Of a stretch of 64,000 nucleotides of DNA, positions 20,358-29,217 are shown piece after piece. The notes under the pieces were generated by a model. The model was not told the DNA's origin and made no database searches. It saw only the letters and a program-made list of their open reading frames with translations. Within the stretch, counting starts at the first letter, position 1. Every line of letters starts with the position of its first letter. The stretch lies in NCBI GenBank assembly GCA_964580935.1, contig CAZOLG010000001.1, forward strand, positions 116,982 to 180,981. Reading direction: 5' to 3'. Origin of the DNA: an uncultured Methanomassiliicoccales archaeon. GTDB taxonomy: Archaea > Thermoplasmatota > Thermoplasmata > Methanomassiliicoccales > CAZOLG01. The position numbers and the translations under genes are program-made.

Positions 20358-22010
20358 CTAAATCGTGATGTCCAGTGACCTCGAAATGGCCCTCTCTCCC
20401 CTGTAATCGGGGAGTACCATCGGGGCCTTTCTTTCAGTGTCCACACCGTTCTCGTCCAACGTCCTGTGGTACTTCTCAATATGATTCAAAGTCAATTTCC
20501 CCTTCCCGGTCTTCGTGGCATGCCTTGCGGCGTTGATGCCCGTGCGCCGGCCGAAGACGTTGTAGTCCAGTATACTGTTACCCATCAGCCTGTTCTTGCC
20601 GTGTACACCGCCGGTGACCTCACCTCCTGCGAACAGGCCTTGGACACCGGTCCATCCGTGAGCATCGATCTCCACCCCGCCGTTCTGGTAGTGGAGTGTG
20701 GGGAACACCAGGATAGGGTCTTCGGCCATGTCGATACCCACCTTCTTCTCCATTCTCCACATCGCTGTAAGATTCTTCTTTATCGTCCCCTCCCCATGTA
20801 TCTCCTCTATCATCGGGCTGTCCAGCCATATGCCCAGCATCCCGGTGGGGGTCTCCACACCTTTGTGGTACTCATAACACTCTCTGATCAGGCTTGCCGC
20901 CTCTACATCTCTGGGCTCCAGTGGGTAGACGAAGGCCTCTCCTTCCGAGTTGACAGGGATGGCCCCCATGCCTCTCACTTTCTCTGTCACCAGCTGGCCC
21001 ACTATCGGTTCTGGATACGCGGCGCCCGTTGGATGGTACTGGGCGCTGTCCATGTCTCTTAATCTGCACCCTGCTCTATAGGCCAGCACCAACCCGTCTC
21101 CGGTGGCGCCGTAGTGGTTGGTAGTGGGGTAGTCCTGGATGTGCAGTCTGCCGAAGCCCCCGGTAGCCATTACTGTCGATTTCGCCCTCACTATGCTGTA
21201 CTCCCTGGTCTCCAGGTCCATCAGTACGGCGCCGGTCACCGCCCCCTGTTCATCAGTCAGTAGCTCGACCACCGGAGCGAATTCCACCACCGGGATCTCC
21301 AGGTTTCTCGCCTCGTCCCTCAGCACTCTCATTATCTCCATCCCGGTGTAGTCCTTGGCGGAGTGCAGGCGCTTTCTGCTTGTCCCTCCACCGGGGATCT
21401 CCACGAAATGTCCGTCATCCTGCTTGTCGTACATGATGCCTAGTTCTTCATGCCAGTTGATGATCCGTGAGGCGTCCATGACCAGTGCCTTCACCAGTTC
21501 TGGCTTGTTAGAGAAGTGGCCGCCGCCGATGGCATCTAGATAGTGTATGGCGGGATTATCGTCTTCCCCGTCGGCGGCCTGTATACCTCCCTGGGACATC
21601 ACGCTGTTGGAGTCTCCGTGGCGCAGTTTGGTGGCTATAAGAATGTTCTCTGGAGAAATGCCCTCATACACGGCGAACAGGGCAGCTATGGTGCCTGCAC
21701 CGCCCCCTCCGATGACCAAGATGTCGACATCGTAGTCAATCTTCTGAAGGTCCACCATCCCTGGTTCTATGTGAGACCTGGCCTCTATGAGGTCTGCGGT
21801 CTCATGATGCAGCAATTCTCCCTCGCTAGCGCCCACCCTGATCTGCCTCTTGGCGTTTTCTCTATAATCGGGATGGAAGTCATTGAGCACCTCCCCCCTC
21901 TCCTCTGAGGTCATCGAGGGGATCTCAATGCTCATCCTCTTCCCTCTCGTCTCCTCCACTTTATCTATGCTCTTGCGCATGTACTCTGGATATCCATCGA
22001 TGAGCTCCAT
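20358..22010 (-). CDS. Succinate dehydrogenase/fumarate reductase flavoprotein-like (TfrA-like, probably non-covalent FAD)
   Basis: GGGGAG, SNSVMSQGG, ATGGFG, QYHPTG, PRDV, HYQNGG, HGKNRLMGNS. Confidence 0.88.
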   Translation of the reverse strand: MELIDGYPEYMRKSIDKVEETRGKRMSIEIPSMTSEERGEVLNDFHPDYRENAKRQIRVGASEGELLHHETADLIEARSHIEPGMVDLQKIDYDVDILVIGGGGAGTIAALFAVYEGISPENILIATKLRHGDSNSVMSQGGIQAADGEDDNPAIHYLDAIGGGHFSNKPELVKALVMDASRIINWHEELGIMYDKQDDGHFVEIPGGGTSRKRLHSAKDYTGMEIMRVLRDEARNLEIPVVEFAPVVELLTDEQGAVTGAVLMDLETREYSIVRAKSTVMATGGFGRLHIQDYPTTNHYGATGDGLVLAYRAGCRLRDMDSAQYHPTGAAYPEPIVGQLVTEKVRGMGAIPVNSEGEAFVYPLEPRDVEAASLIRECYEYHKGVETPTGMLGIWLDSPMIEEIHGEGTIKKNLTAMWRMEKKVGIDMAEDPILVFPTLHYQNGGVEIDAHGWTGVQGLFAGGEVTGGVHGKNRLMGNSILDYNVFGRRTGINAARHATKTGKGKLTLNHIEKYHRTLDENGVDTERKAPMVLPDYRGERAISRSLDITI

Positions 22011-22014
22011 GTTC

Positions 22015-22698
22015 TCACTCCGAGACCTTTATCTCTCTGGAATAGTATCTTTCCCTCAACTCCCCCTCGTCCAGTTCCATCATCTCCTGGATTTCGGCTT
22101 CATACTCACCTTCTTCCAGTTCCTTCATTCTCTTTTCAAGGGGTTCAGAATCAGGGGCCATATACTTACCATACAGCCTTCTTGCCAGCTGGGCCACGTG
22201 GTAATGCTTGATCTCGGCCGGGCATCGAGCGGTACACAACCCGCATTGCAGACAGTCGAAGGAGAGCTCAGCCGCCTTCTCAATGTCCCCCCTCTTTATG
22301 GTCTGTATGACCTCCATCACTTCGATATCCTGGGGGCAGGCTTTGGTACAGGAGTTACAGGCCACGCACCTCGTGACTTCAGGGTATATGGAGAGCACCA
22401 TGCTGGAAGTCGGTGCAAGCTCTTCGATGTCGTACAGTTCCTTGGTAGCCGGTATGAACGGTAGCTGAGTGAGGTACATACCGTCTTCCACCAGGCTCTG
22501 GCAGGCCAGGGCGACATTGATCTTGTAGTCCCTGTCCTTCCGATAGATGGTGGCGCAGGCACCACAGAATCCGGCCCTGCAGCCGCACCCTCTTGCCAGA
22601 CGATATCCGGCATATTCGATGGCTTTCATTATGGTCAGTCCGGCCGGCACATCATGTTTCTTTCCCATGATATATATACTAACTTTGGATTCTTCCAT
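22015..22698 (-). CDS. SdhB/FrdB-like iron-sulfur subunit ([2Fe-2S] plus 2x[4Fe-4S])
   Basis: GCRAGFCGAC...LAC; CVACNSCTKACP; CLQCGLCTARCP. Confidence 0.85.
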   Translation of the reverse strand: MEESKVSIYIMGKKHDVPAGLTIMKAIEYAGYRLARGCGCRAGFCGACATIYRKDRDYKINVALACQSLVEDGMYLTQLPFIPATKELYDIEELAPTSSMVLSIYPEVTRCVACNSCTKACPQDIEVMEVIQTIKRGDIEKAAELSFDCLQCGLCTARCPAEIKHYHVAQLARRLYGKYMAPDSEPLEKRMKELEEGEYEAEIQEMMELDEGELRERYYSREIKVSE

Positions 22699-22702
22699 CT
22701 GC

Positions 22703-23563
22703 TCACCTCAACAGGCCCTTTTCCCTCAGCAGGGGTCGGGGATCGACTTGATTCATATTGAAATGACACGATTCTGCTTTGGCCATAGCTAGAGCGAGTA
22801 ACTGAGTGAAGTAAACGGTGGGCAATTTTCTTTCCACCAGATCCTGCCTGAAGTCAATATTGAATCCGCACAGAGGACAGCTGAGGGCGATGATTTCACC
22901 GCCTCTTTTTTCCATGGAGATCACGATCTCCTCCACCCTCTCCATCACCGCGTCCTTCCGGTACACAGTGTGATACGAACCGCAGCAGTGAGTAGCCCTG
23001 GGGTCTGCGACCGGTTCTGCTCCCATCGCTGTCACCAGATCGGAGAGAATTGAAGGGCGTTCTGGATTGTCGATGGACACCGTATCCGGTCTGAGGAGCA
23101 GACAACCGTAGTAAGGAGATATCCTGAGGCCGTTCATAGGCACCTCTACGCGGTCTTTGATAGCCTCAAAACCGATTTCATCTCTCAGCAGCTGCAGGAC
23201 GTGAATCACTTTCACATTACCGCGATAGTCAGGCTCCTCGTCCATGAATTCGTTGAGAGTGCGCAGCTTCTCTGCATCATTCCTGACCAGCCTGTTGGCC
23301 TGGGAGAGGGTGTTGTAACACATGGCGCACAGAGTCAATAACCTATCGTTTCCCGCCGCCTCCGCTCTTGCCAGATTCCTTACAGGGGCCACCTGATGTA
23401 CTAAGTCGTCGTCGGCCAGACCATGCACTGTACCGCAGCATTCCCAGTCTGGCATTTCCCTCAGCCTGTAACCCAGTTCTTGGAGAACGGCCCTGGCGCT
23501 GTCCTCTAGATGCCTCGCGGTCTCAAAATGTGTACATCCTGGATAGTATGCGATATCTCTCAT
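22703..23563 (-). CDS. hdrB: Heterodisulfide reductase subunit B-like protein
   Basis: YYPGC, WECCG, CAMC, YYGC, HCCG, CPLC. Confidence 0.92.
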   Translation of the reverse strand: MRDIAYYPGCTHFETARHLEDSARAVLQELGYRLREMPDWECCGTVHGLADDDLVHQVAPVRNLARAEAAGNDRLLTLCAMCYNTLSQANRLVRNDAEKLRTLNEFMDEEPDYRGNVKVIHVLQLLRDEIGFEAIKDRVEVPMNGLRISPYYGCLLLRPDTVSIDNPERPSILSDLVTAMGAEPVADPRATHCCGSYHTVYRKDAVMERVEEIVISMEKRGGEIIALSCPLCGFNIDFRQDLVERKLPTVYFTQLLALAMAKAESCHFNMNQVDPRPLLREKGLLR

Positions 23564-23949
23564 CCGGTCATCTTCCTAAAACAACTGATCAATGCGATCT
23601 GGGGCAATTGTGCTAGCTCTTCCCTGGGGATCTCAGAGAGCATGATGCGATCCAGCCCCTTTCTCAGCTGGATCTGTCTCAGTGCTTCCATCACTGCTGC
23701 GATGTCAATCTCGTTGGGGCATCTAGCTGAGCAGTTGTAGCAGGTGGCACAGATCCAGGGGCCGTTCGATTCCAGTACGTCCTCGCGATCGTCGAGAATC
23801 CGCCTCATAGTCTGCCTGGGATTGAGGTCCATGAAGCTCACCATGGGGCATCCAGCAGTGCATTTACCACAGTAATAACAGGACCTGATATCTTGACCAC
23901 TCAACCTCACCACTTTTTCCAGGAACTCCTTCGGTCGATCTAGCATCAT
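23560..23949 (-). CDS. hdrC: Heterodisulfide reductase subunit C-like protein
   Basis: CYYCGKCTAGCP and WICATCYNCSARCP. Confidence 0.9.
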   Translation of the reverse strand: MMLDRPKEFLEKVVRLSGQDIRSCYYCGKCTAGCPMVSFMDLNPRQTMRRILDDREDVLESNGPWICATCYNCSARCPNEIDIAAVMEALRQIQLRKGLDRIMLSEIPREELAQLPQIALISCFRKMTG

Positions 23950-23972
23950 TAAGCTCCTTCAATTAGGTTTTT

Positions 23973-23990
23973 CGGCCCACTTCAGTGGGC
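23973..23990. promoter_or_regulatory. Perfect inverted repeat in the presumed 5' leader of the hdrC operon
   Basis: GGCCCACT-TC-AGTGGGCC between a TTTTTAAT box (about 24025-24032, minus strand) and the hdrC SD. Confidence 0.4.
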
Positions 23991-24199
23991 CAATTCCCAT
24001 GTCACTACCGGGAAAGTTCTGTTCATTAAAAAGTACTTCGCTCCCAACATTGGAGGCGTAACTCCTCCGCAAGTTGGTGGTTTTGACATCCGATGTATCG
24101 TACTCACTTCTCGATATTCGCAGCAGTTCTCGAGTCCACCGCCCTGCCGATGAAGAATTTGAAATAGTGTTCTTTCCATTGTTGAAGCCGACGCAGGCC

Positions 24200-24844
24200 A
24201 TGAGATGGATAGAGGAGGATATTGAGGAATATGTCGAGAGTAACACGCAGCCCACTGACCCCATATTCGATGAGCTGGAGAGAGTGACCCATGAAGAGTG
24301 TCAGAACCCTGAGATGCAGGTGGGGAAAGTGGAGGGTACGCTGCTGAGTATACTGGTCTCTCTGACCGGGGCGAAGACCATACTGGAACTGGGCACTTTC
24401 ACTGGCTATTCCGCGATGATGATGGCCTCTGCCTTGCCCGAAAACGGGGTTCTGTACACTGTTGAGAGGGAGGAAGAGAGGGCCAGGGTGGCAAGGTCTT
24501 TTTTCGATCGTGTGTCTTACGGGCATAAGATCGAGATCCTGCTGGGAGAGGCCGAGTATGTGCTGGATGACCTCGATGTTGAAATCGATTTTGCGTTTAT
24601 CGATGCTGATAAGCAGAAGTACCCAGATTACTATGAAAGAATCATGGACCTTCTGGTTCCCGGGGGGCTAATCGTCCTCGACAACGTGTTGTGGGGCGGT
24701 GAGGTCCTCTCCCCCGAAGAGGGAACAGCCAAGGCCATACACGATCTGAACAGATCGATTACTGCGGACACCGGGGTGGAGAATATACTACTTCCTCTGA
24801 GGGACGGCATAATGCTGGCCAGGAAGAAACAGGAACCGGTCTGA
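24200..24844 (+). CDS. Class I SAM-dependent O-methyltransferase (caffeoyl-CoA OMT/YrrM-like)
   Basis: LELGTFTGYSA, FIDADK, DNVLWGG, LPLRDG; ATG 24200 preferred. Confidence 0.9.
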   Translation: MRWIEEDIEEYVESNTQPTDPIFDELERVTHEECQNPEMQVGKVEGTLLSILVSLTGAKTILELGTFTGYSAMMMASALPENGVLYTVEREEERARVARSFFDRVSYGHKIEILLGEAEYVLDDLDVEIDFAFIDADKQKYPDYYERIMDLLVPGGLIVLDNVLWGGEVLSPEEGTAKAIHDLNRSITADTGVENILLPLRDGIMLARKKQEPV

Positions 24845-24993
24845 CCCGGATGTCTGGGTGTCAGATAAAAGTGGAATCCTCACTGAATAAGCCAGGAATC
24901 AGCACGTGTCGAGTTCACATTGAGACCCTCAGATTCTTGCCGTAGGGTAATTATTAGACTATTGAATATTATGGAACACTATCCCGCCGGAGG

Positions 24994-26364
24994 ATGAAAA
25001 TGAAGGAAGATATCATGTCCAGAGTCAAGAGGGTCAGCAGGGCCTCAACCGCACTCGCCAATCTCAGCCCCTCCATCAAGAGCGAGATACTGGAGAGCAT
25101 GGTTGATGCTCTGGACACGAGGAGAAAGGAGATACTGGAAGCCAACAGCCGAGACATGGAGGCAGCTCGTGAGATGGTGGATAGGGGCGAAATGAGCGAG
25201 GCTCTGGTCAAAAGACTGAAGATCGACGGTGGTAAGCTGGACAGCATGGTGGACGGCATAAGGGCGGTGAGGGCACTTGAAGACCCGGTGGGGAAGACGC
25301 TATACTCTATCGAACTGGATGATGGCCTGGTCCTTTACCAGATAAGCTCGCCTATTGGTGTGGTGGGCGTAATATTCGAATCTCGCCCCGACGTTGTACC
25401 ACAGATAATGTCGCTCTGCCTGAAGAGCGGTAACGGTATCGTGTTCAAGGGTGGTAAGGAGGCGGTCTCCTCTAACAGGATCTTATTTGACACCCTGCTG
25501 TCGGCAATAGACCGGGTCTCTCCGGAAGTGACCGATGCTTTCCAGCTACTGGAAACAAGAGAGGATATCGCCGTTCTGCTGCAGCTTGAGGAGTACATCG
25601 ATATGCTGATACCGCGTGGTTCCAATCAGTTCGTCAAGTACATCCAGGACAATACCAGGATACCAGTTCTGGGCCACACCAGTGGTATCTGCCATCTGTA
25701 TGTGGACAAAGGGGCCGAGATGGAGAAGGCATGGACAGTCACCCTGGACTCCAAGGTACAGTATCCGGCCGCCTGCAATGCGGTCGAGACCATCCTCGTC
25801 CATTCTTCAGCCGCATCGGATTTCTTACCCCGGATGGGACTTCTATTCTCCGGTGCTGGGGTGGAGATCAGGGCAGATGAGCGCTCGCTCGAACTGCTGG
25901 AGAGGGCCGGGATTGACGCGGTGGAAAAGGCCACCGAAGAGGACTGGCGGACAGAACATAACGACCTCGTGGTCTCCATCAAGATCGTAGATTCGATCGA
26001 TGAGGCCATCGACCATATCAATACATACGGATCTCATCATACGGATTCCATCATGACTGAGGACTCGGAGAGCGCTGCGAACTTTATCTCCCTGGTGGAC
26101 TCGTCTAGCGTGATGCTCAACGCCTCTACCCGTTTCGCAGATGGATACCGGTACGGGAAGGGGGCCGAGATCGGTATCAGCACCAATAAGATCCATTCCA
26201 GAGGGCCGGTGGGCATGGAGGGGCTGATGATATACAAGTACGTCCTTATAGGAGAGGGGCAGACCGTTGCCGATTACTCCGGGCCGGGGGCTAGAGGATA
26301 CATCCACAGGCCTCTCGACCGCGACTTCGACTTGAGAGGAGACTGTGATGATGGCGGGCACTAG
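24994..26364 (+). CDS. proA: Gamma-glutamyl phosphate reductase
   Basis: IFESRP, IPRG, ACNAVET, NASTRFADG, EIGIST, RGPVG. Confidence 0.96.
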   Translation: MKMKEDIMSRVKRVSRASTALANLSPSIKSEILESMVDALDTRRKEILEANSRDMEAAREMVDRGEMSEALVKRLKIDGGKLDSMVDGIRAVRALEDPVGKTLYSIELDDGLVLYQISSPIGVVGVIFESRPDVVPQIMSLCLKSGNGIVFKGGKEAVSSNRILFDTLLSAIDRVSPEVTDAFQLLETREDIAVLLQLEEYIDMLIPRGSNQFVKYIQDNTRIPVLGHTSGICHLYVDKGAEMEKAWTVTLDSKVQYPAACNAVETILVHSSAASDFLPRMGLLFSGAGVEIRADERSLELLERAGIDAVEKATEEDWRTEHNDLVVSIKIVDSIDEAIDHINTYGSHHTDSIMTEDSESAANFISLVDSSSVMLNASTRFADGYRYGKGAEIGISTNKIHSRGPVGMEGLMIYKYVLIGEGQTVADYSGPGARGYIHRPLDRDFDLRGDCDDGGH

Positions 26365-27481
26365 CAGAAAGAGACTTCTGGAGGATGTCAGAAGGGTGGT
26401 CATCAAGGTCGGTACCACCTCAATCATGAACGACGGAAAGGGGATCGACGATCAGTTCATGGACAGAGCGGTAGACCAGGTACATTCTCTCAGAGAAGAG
26501 GGAATGGAAGTGATACTGGTCAGCTCAGGGGCCATCGGTATCGGGATCGAGGTGATGGGGGCCACCCCCAAGCCCTACGAAATTCCCGTTCGACAGGCAG
26601 CGGCCTCCGTGGGCCAGAGCATCCTGATGAACGAGTGGCAGAAGAGATTCGATAGAGTGGACATGAACGTGGCTCAGATACTTCTCACTTATGATTTTTA
26701 TTCGGACAGAGTCCGTTATCTCAACCTGAGGAATACGATTTCAACGTTGATGGAAATTGGCATCGTGCCTATCATCAACGAGAACGATTCCACGTGCACG
26801 AATGAGATAGAGGCGGTGTTCGGCGACAACGACACGCTGTCAGCGATGGTGGCCAGCAAGATCGAGGCCGATCTGCTGATAATGCTCTCCGATGTGGACG
26901 GCCTTTACGATAAGAACCCCAAGACCAATCGTGACGCCCGGCTGGTCTCCTTCGTTGAAGACATCTCACCGGAAATAGAGGCCTTCGGCGGGAACCCCAT
27001 CAGCACAAGAGGAGTGGGAGGTATGAGGACCAAGATTGAGGCAGCCAAGATATGTCAGATGTCTGGATGTCATATGACCATCGTTAACCACCAGGAGGAG
27101 AACATCATCCTCCGTGCCGTGAGGGGAGACGAGGTGGGCACCTTCTTCAGGGCTAACGAATCAATCAGCAAGAACAGAATAAGGTGGATACTGCTAGCCA
27201 AACCTTCGGGCACCATCAGGGTGGACAGGGGTGCAAAGGAAGCGCTTCAGGACAGCAATGGACTGTTGCCCTCAGGAGTGACAGGAGTGGACGGGGAATT
27301 CAAGAGAGGAGATATCGTGGAGGTGGCATGCGATGGCACTGTCTTCGCCAAGGGGATCACCGATTTCAATTCTGATGAGTTGAGGAAGGTCATGGGAGCA
27401 CAGTCCGATGAGATAGAGGAAATCCTTGGTTACATGAATTATGATAACGTGATCAGACAGAACAATCTGGGTTGTCTGTGA
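26345..27481 (+). CDS. proB: Glutamate 5-kinase with PUA domain
   Basis: VIKVGT, VSSGAI, PIINEND, FGDND, GGMRTK, C-terminal PUA domain. Confidence 0.96.
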   Translation: MMMAGTSRKRLLEDVRRVVIKVGTTSIMNDGKGIDDQFMDRAVDQVHSLREEGMEVILVSSGAIGIGIEVMGATPKPYEIPVRQAAASVGQSILMNEWQKRFDRVDMNVAQILLTYDFYSDRVRYLNLRNTISTLMEIGIVPIINENDSTCTNEIEAVFGDNDTLSAMVASKIEADLLIMLSDVDGLYDKNPKTNRDARLVSFVEDISPEIEAFGGNPISTRGVGGMRTKIEAAKICQMSGCHMTIVNHQEENIILRAVRGDEVGTFFRANESISKNRIRWILLAKPSGTIRVDRGAKEALQDSNGLLPSGVTGVDGEFKRGDIVEVACDGTVFAKGITDFNSDELRKVMGAQSDEIEEILGYMNYDNVIRQNNLGCL

Positions 27482-27753
27482 TATTGCCCCTCGACCCACT
27501 CTAACTCTCGCTACTCCTCACAGCGTATCAATTAATTCTGTGTGCAAATCATTAGTTTACTCCATAGCCTAACTCATCAACCCCGCCTCTCAAGTATATC
27601 AAGATGTCTTGATAAACTGGACACCGCCCACAAGTTCTCTCTTACGAATGTTAATTCGGAAGTGCAGTAGGAGTTGAGTAACAGTCCCAATAAAGTAATC
27701 TAATTAAGGAAGCTAGTACCATTAGGATTCTTAGCTGGTGGAGGAGTAACTGC

Positions 27754-29169
27754 ATGTTTGAAAAGAAATACGATCTCATCGTGATCGGCTCTGGTTCGGG
27801 TATGAATGCCGCCTCTAGAGCCCGCAGCAAGGGTTTGAAGGTGGCACTGGTGGAGAACGGCCCTCTGGGCGGTACCTGTCTTAACAGGGGCTGCATTCCG
27901 AGCAAAGTCATCATCTATCCGGCAGACGTGATGAGGACGATCGAAGACTCAGATAAGATAGGTGTGTACGCCGACTTCGAGGGACTGGATTGGGCCCTGG
28001 TCAAAGAGAGGATGTGGGACATGGTCCTGGAAGATAGACATTCTATGGAGGAGGGTGTTGAAGAGGATGAGGGATTCGATCTCTACCGGGGGACGGCGGA
28101 GTTCATAGGTAAGAAGAAGATGAAGGTGGGGGACACCAGGATCTCTGCCGATATAATCATGATCTCCTGCGGCGTCCGGAGCAGAATCCCCGAGCTAGAT
28201 GGTCTGGAGGAGGCGGGATATCTTACTTCGGAGACTATGTTCGATATGGAGGAGCTGCCCGAAAGGGCGATCATTCTGGGCGGAGGTTACAAGGCGTGCG
28301 AGTTTACTCACTTTTTCTCCGCTTTCGGAACCGAGGTTACGGTGGTGGGCCATAATCCACGGCTTCTTCCAGACGAAGAGCCAGAGGTGAGTGAGCTTGT
28401 CCTGAAGACGATGAGAGAGTACGCGGGTGTATGGGTGAACAGGGAGCCAACTGAAGTCTACTCCAAAGGCGATCAGAAGGCGGTAAAGCATTTGGATCGT
28501 GATACGGGAGAGGAGGCCGAGGCAGTTGGCGATGAGATATTCGTTTTCACCGGGGTGGTAAGTAACGCCCCTCTGCTCAAACCCGAAAAGAGTGACATCA
28601 AGTTGGACGACAGAGGGTACATCGAAATCGATGAGTATCTGGAGACCTCAGTAGATGGTATCTGGGCATTCGGTGATGTACTAGGCAGAAACATGTTCCG
28701 CCACACCGCGAATTATGAGAGCGACATTGCCTGGTTCAACGCATTCGGAGAGCAGGACCAGAAGACGGAGGTGGATGAACATGCAGTTCCTCATGCAGTA
28801 TATACTCATCCCCAGGTGGCCTCTGTGGGCATGAACCAAGAGGAGGCAGAGTCCAGGGCCGAGAATCTGCTGGTGGGGAGTGCCAAATACGACGTGACCG
28901 CTAAGGGATATGCCATGGGTGAAGAAGAAGGATTTGCCAAAGTCCTTGTGGATGGCGGATCACTCAAAATACTGGGTGCCAGCATCGTAGGTCCTCACGC
29001 AGCCATCCTGCTTCAGCCAATTGTTTACATGATGAACGCTGAAAACGGCTCCTATTATCCTATGGCCAGGAGTCAGATAATCCACCCCTCACTGAGTGAG
29101 GTGGTGGCTAGAGCCTTTGGAGACCTTCATCACGCCCACCATGAACATGAGGGGTCACATGTACCATGA
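27754..29169 (+). CDS. Pyridine nucleotide-disulfide oxidoreductase (dihydrolipoamide dehydrogenase/mycothione reductase-like)
   Basis: GSGSG, GGTCLNRGCIPSK redox disulfide, C-terminal HPSLSE. Confidence 0.88.
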   Translation: MFEKKYDLIVIGSGSGMNAASRARSKGLKVALVENGPLGGTCLNRGCIPSKVIIYPADVMRTIEDSDKIGVYADFEGLDWALVKERMWDMVLEDRHSMEEGVEEDEGFDLYRGTAEFIGKKKMKVGDTRISADIIMISCGVRSRIPELDGLEEAGYLTSETMFDMEELPERAIILGGGYKACEFTHFFSAFGTEVTVVGHNPRLLPDEEPEVSELVLKTMREYAGVWVNREPTEVYSKGDQKAVKHLDRDTGEEAEAVGDEIFVFTGVVSNAPLLKPEKSDIKLDDRGYIEIDEYLETSVDGIWAFGDVLGRNMFRHTANYESDIAWFNAFGEQDQKTEVDEHAVPHAVYTHPQVASVGMNQEEAESRAENLLVGSAKYDVTAKGYAMGEEEGFAKVLVDGGSLKILGASIVGPHAAILLQPIVYMMNAENGSYYPMARSQIIHPSLSEVVARAFGDLHHAHHEHEGSHVP

Positions 29170-29217
29170 TGTACGAGGCAGGGGTGCATGGAAGCAAGAA
29201 CAAGCTAAGAACAAGAA

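Noticed and set aside
23959..24264. 101-aa minus-strand ORF upstream of hdrC, and the many other short overlapping ORFs in the track
   Set aside because: They overlap or lie antisense to well-supported genes or promoters and show no recognisable motifs; treated as shadow ORFs
24994..27481. proA-proB order with no proC; rib operon without ribK
   Set aside because: Missing steps may be encoded elsewhere; cannot be judged from one window
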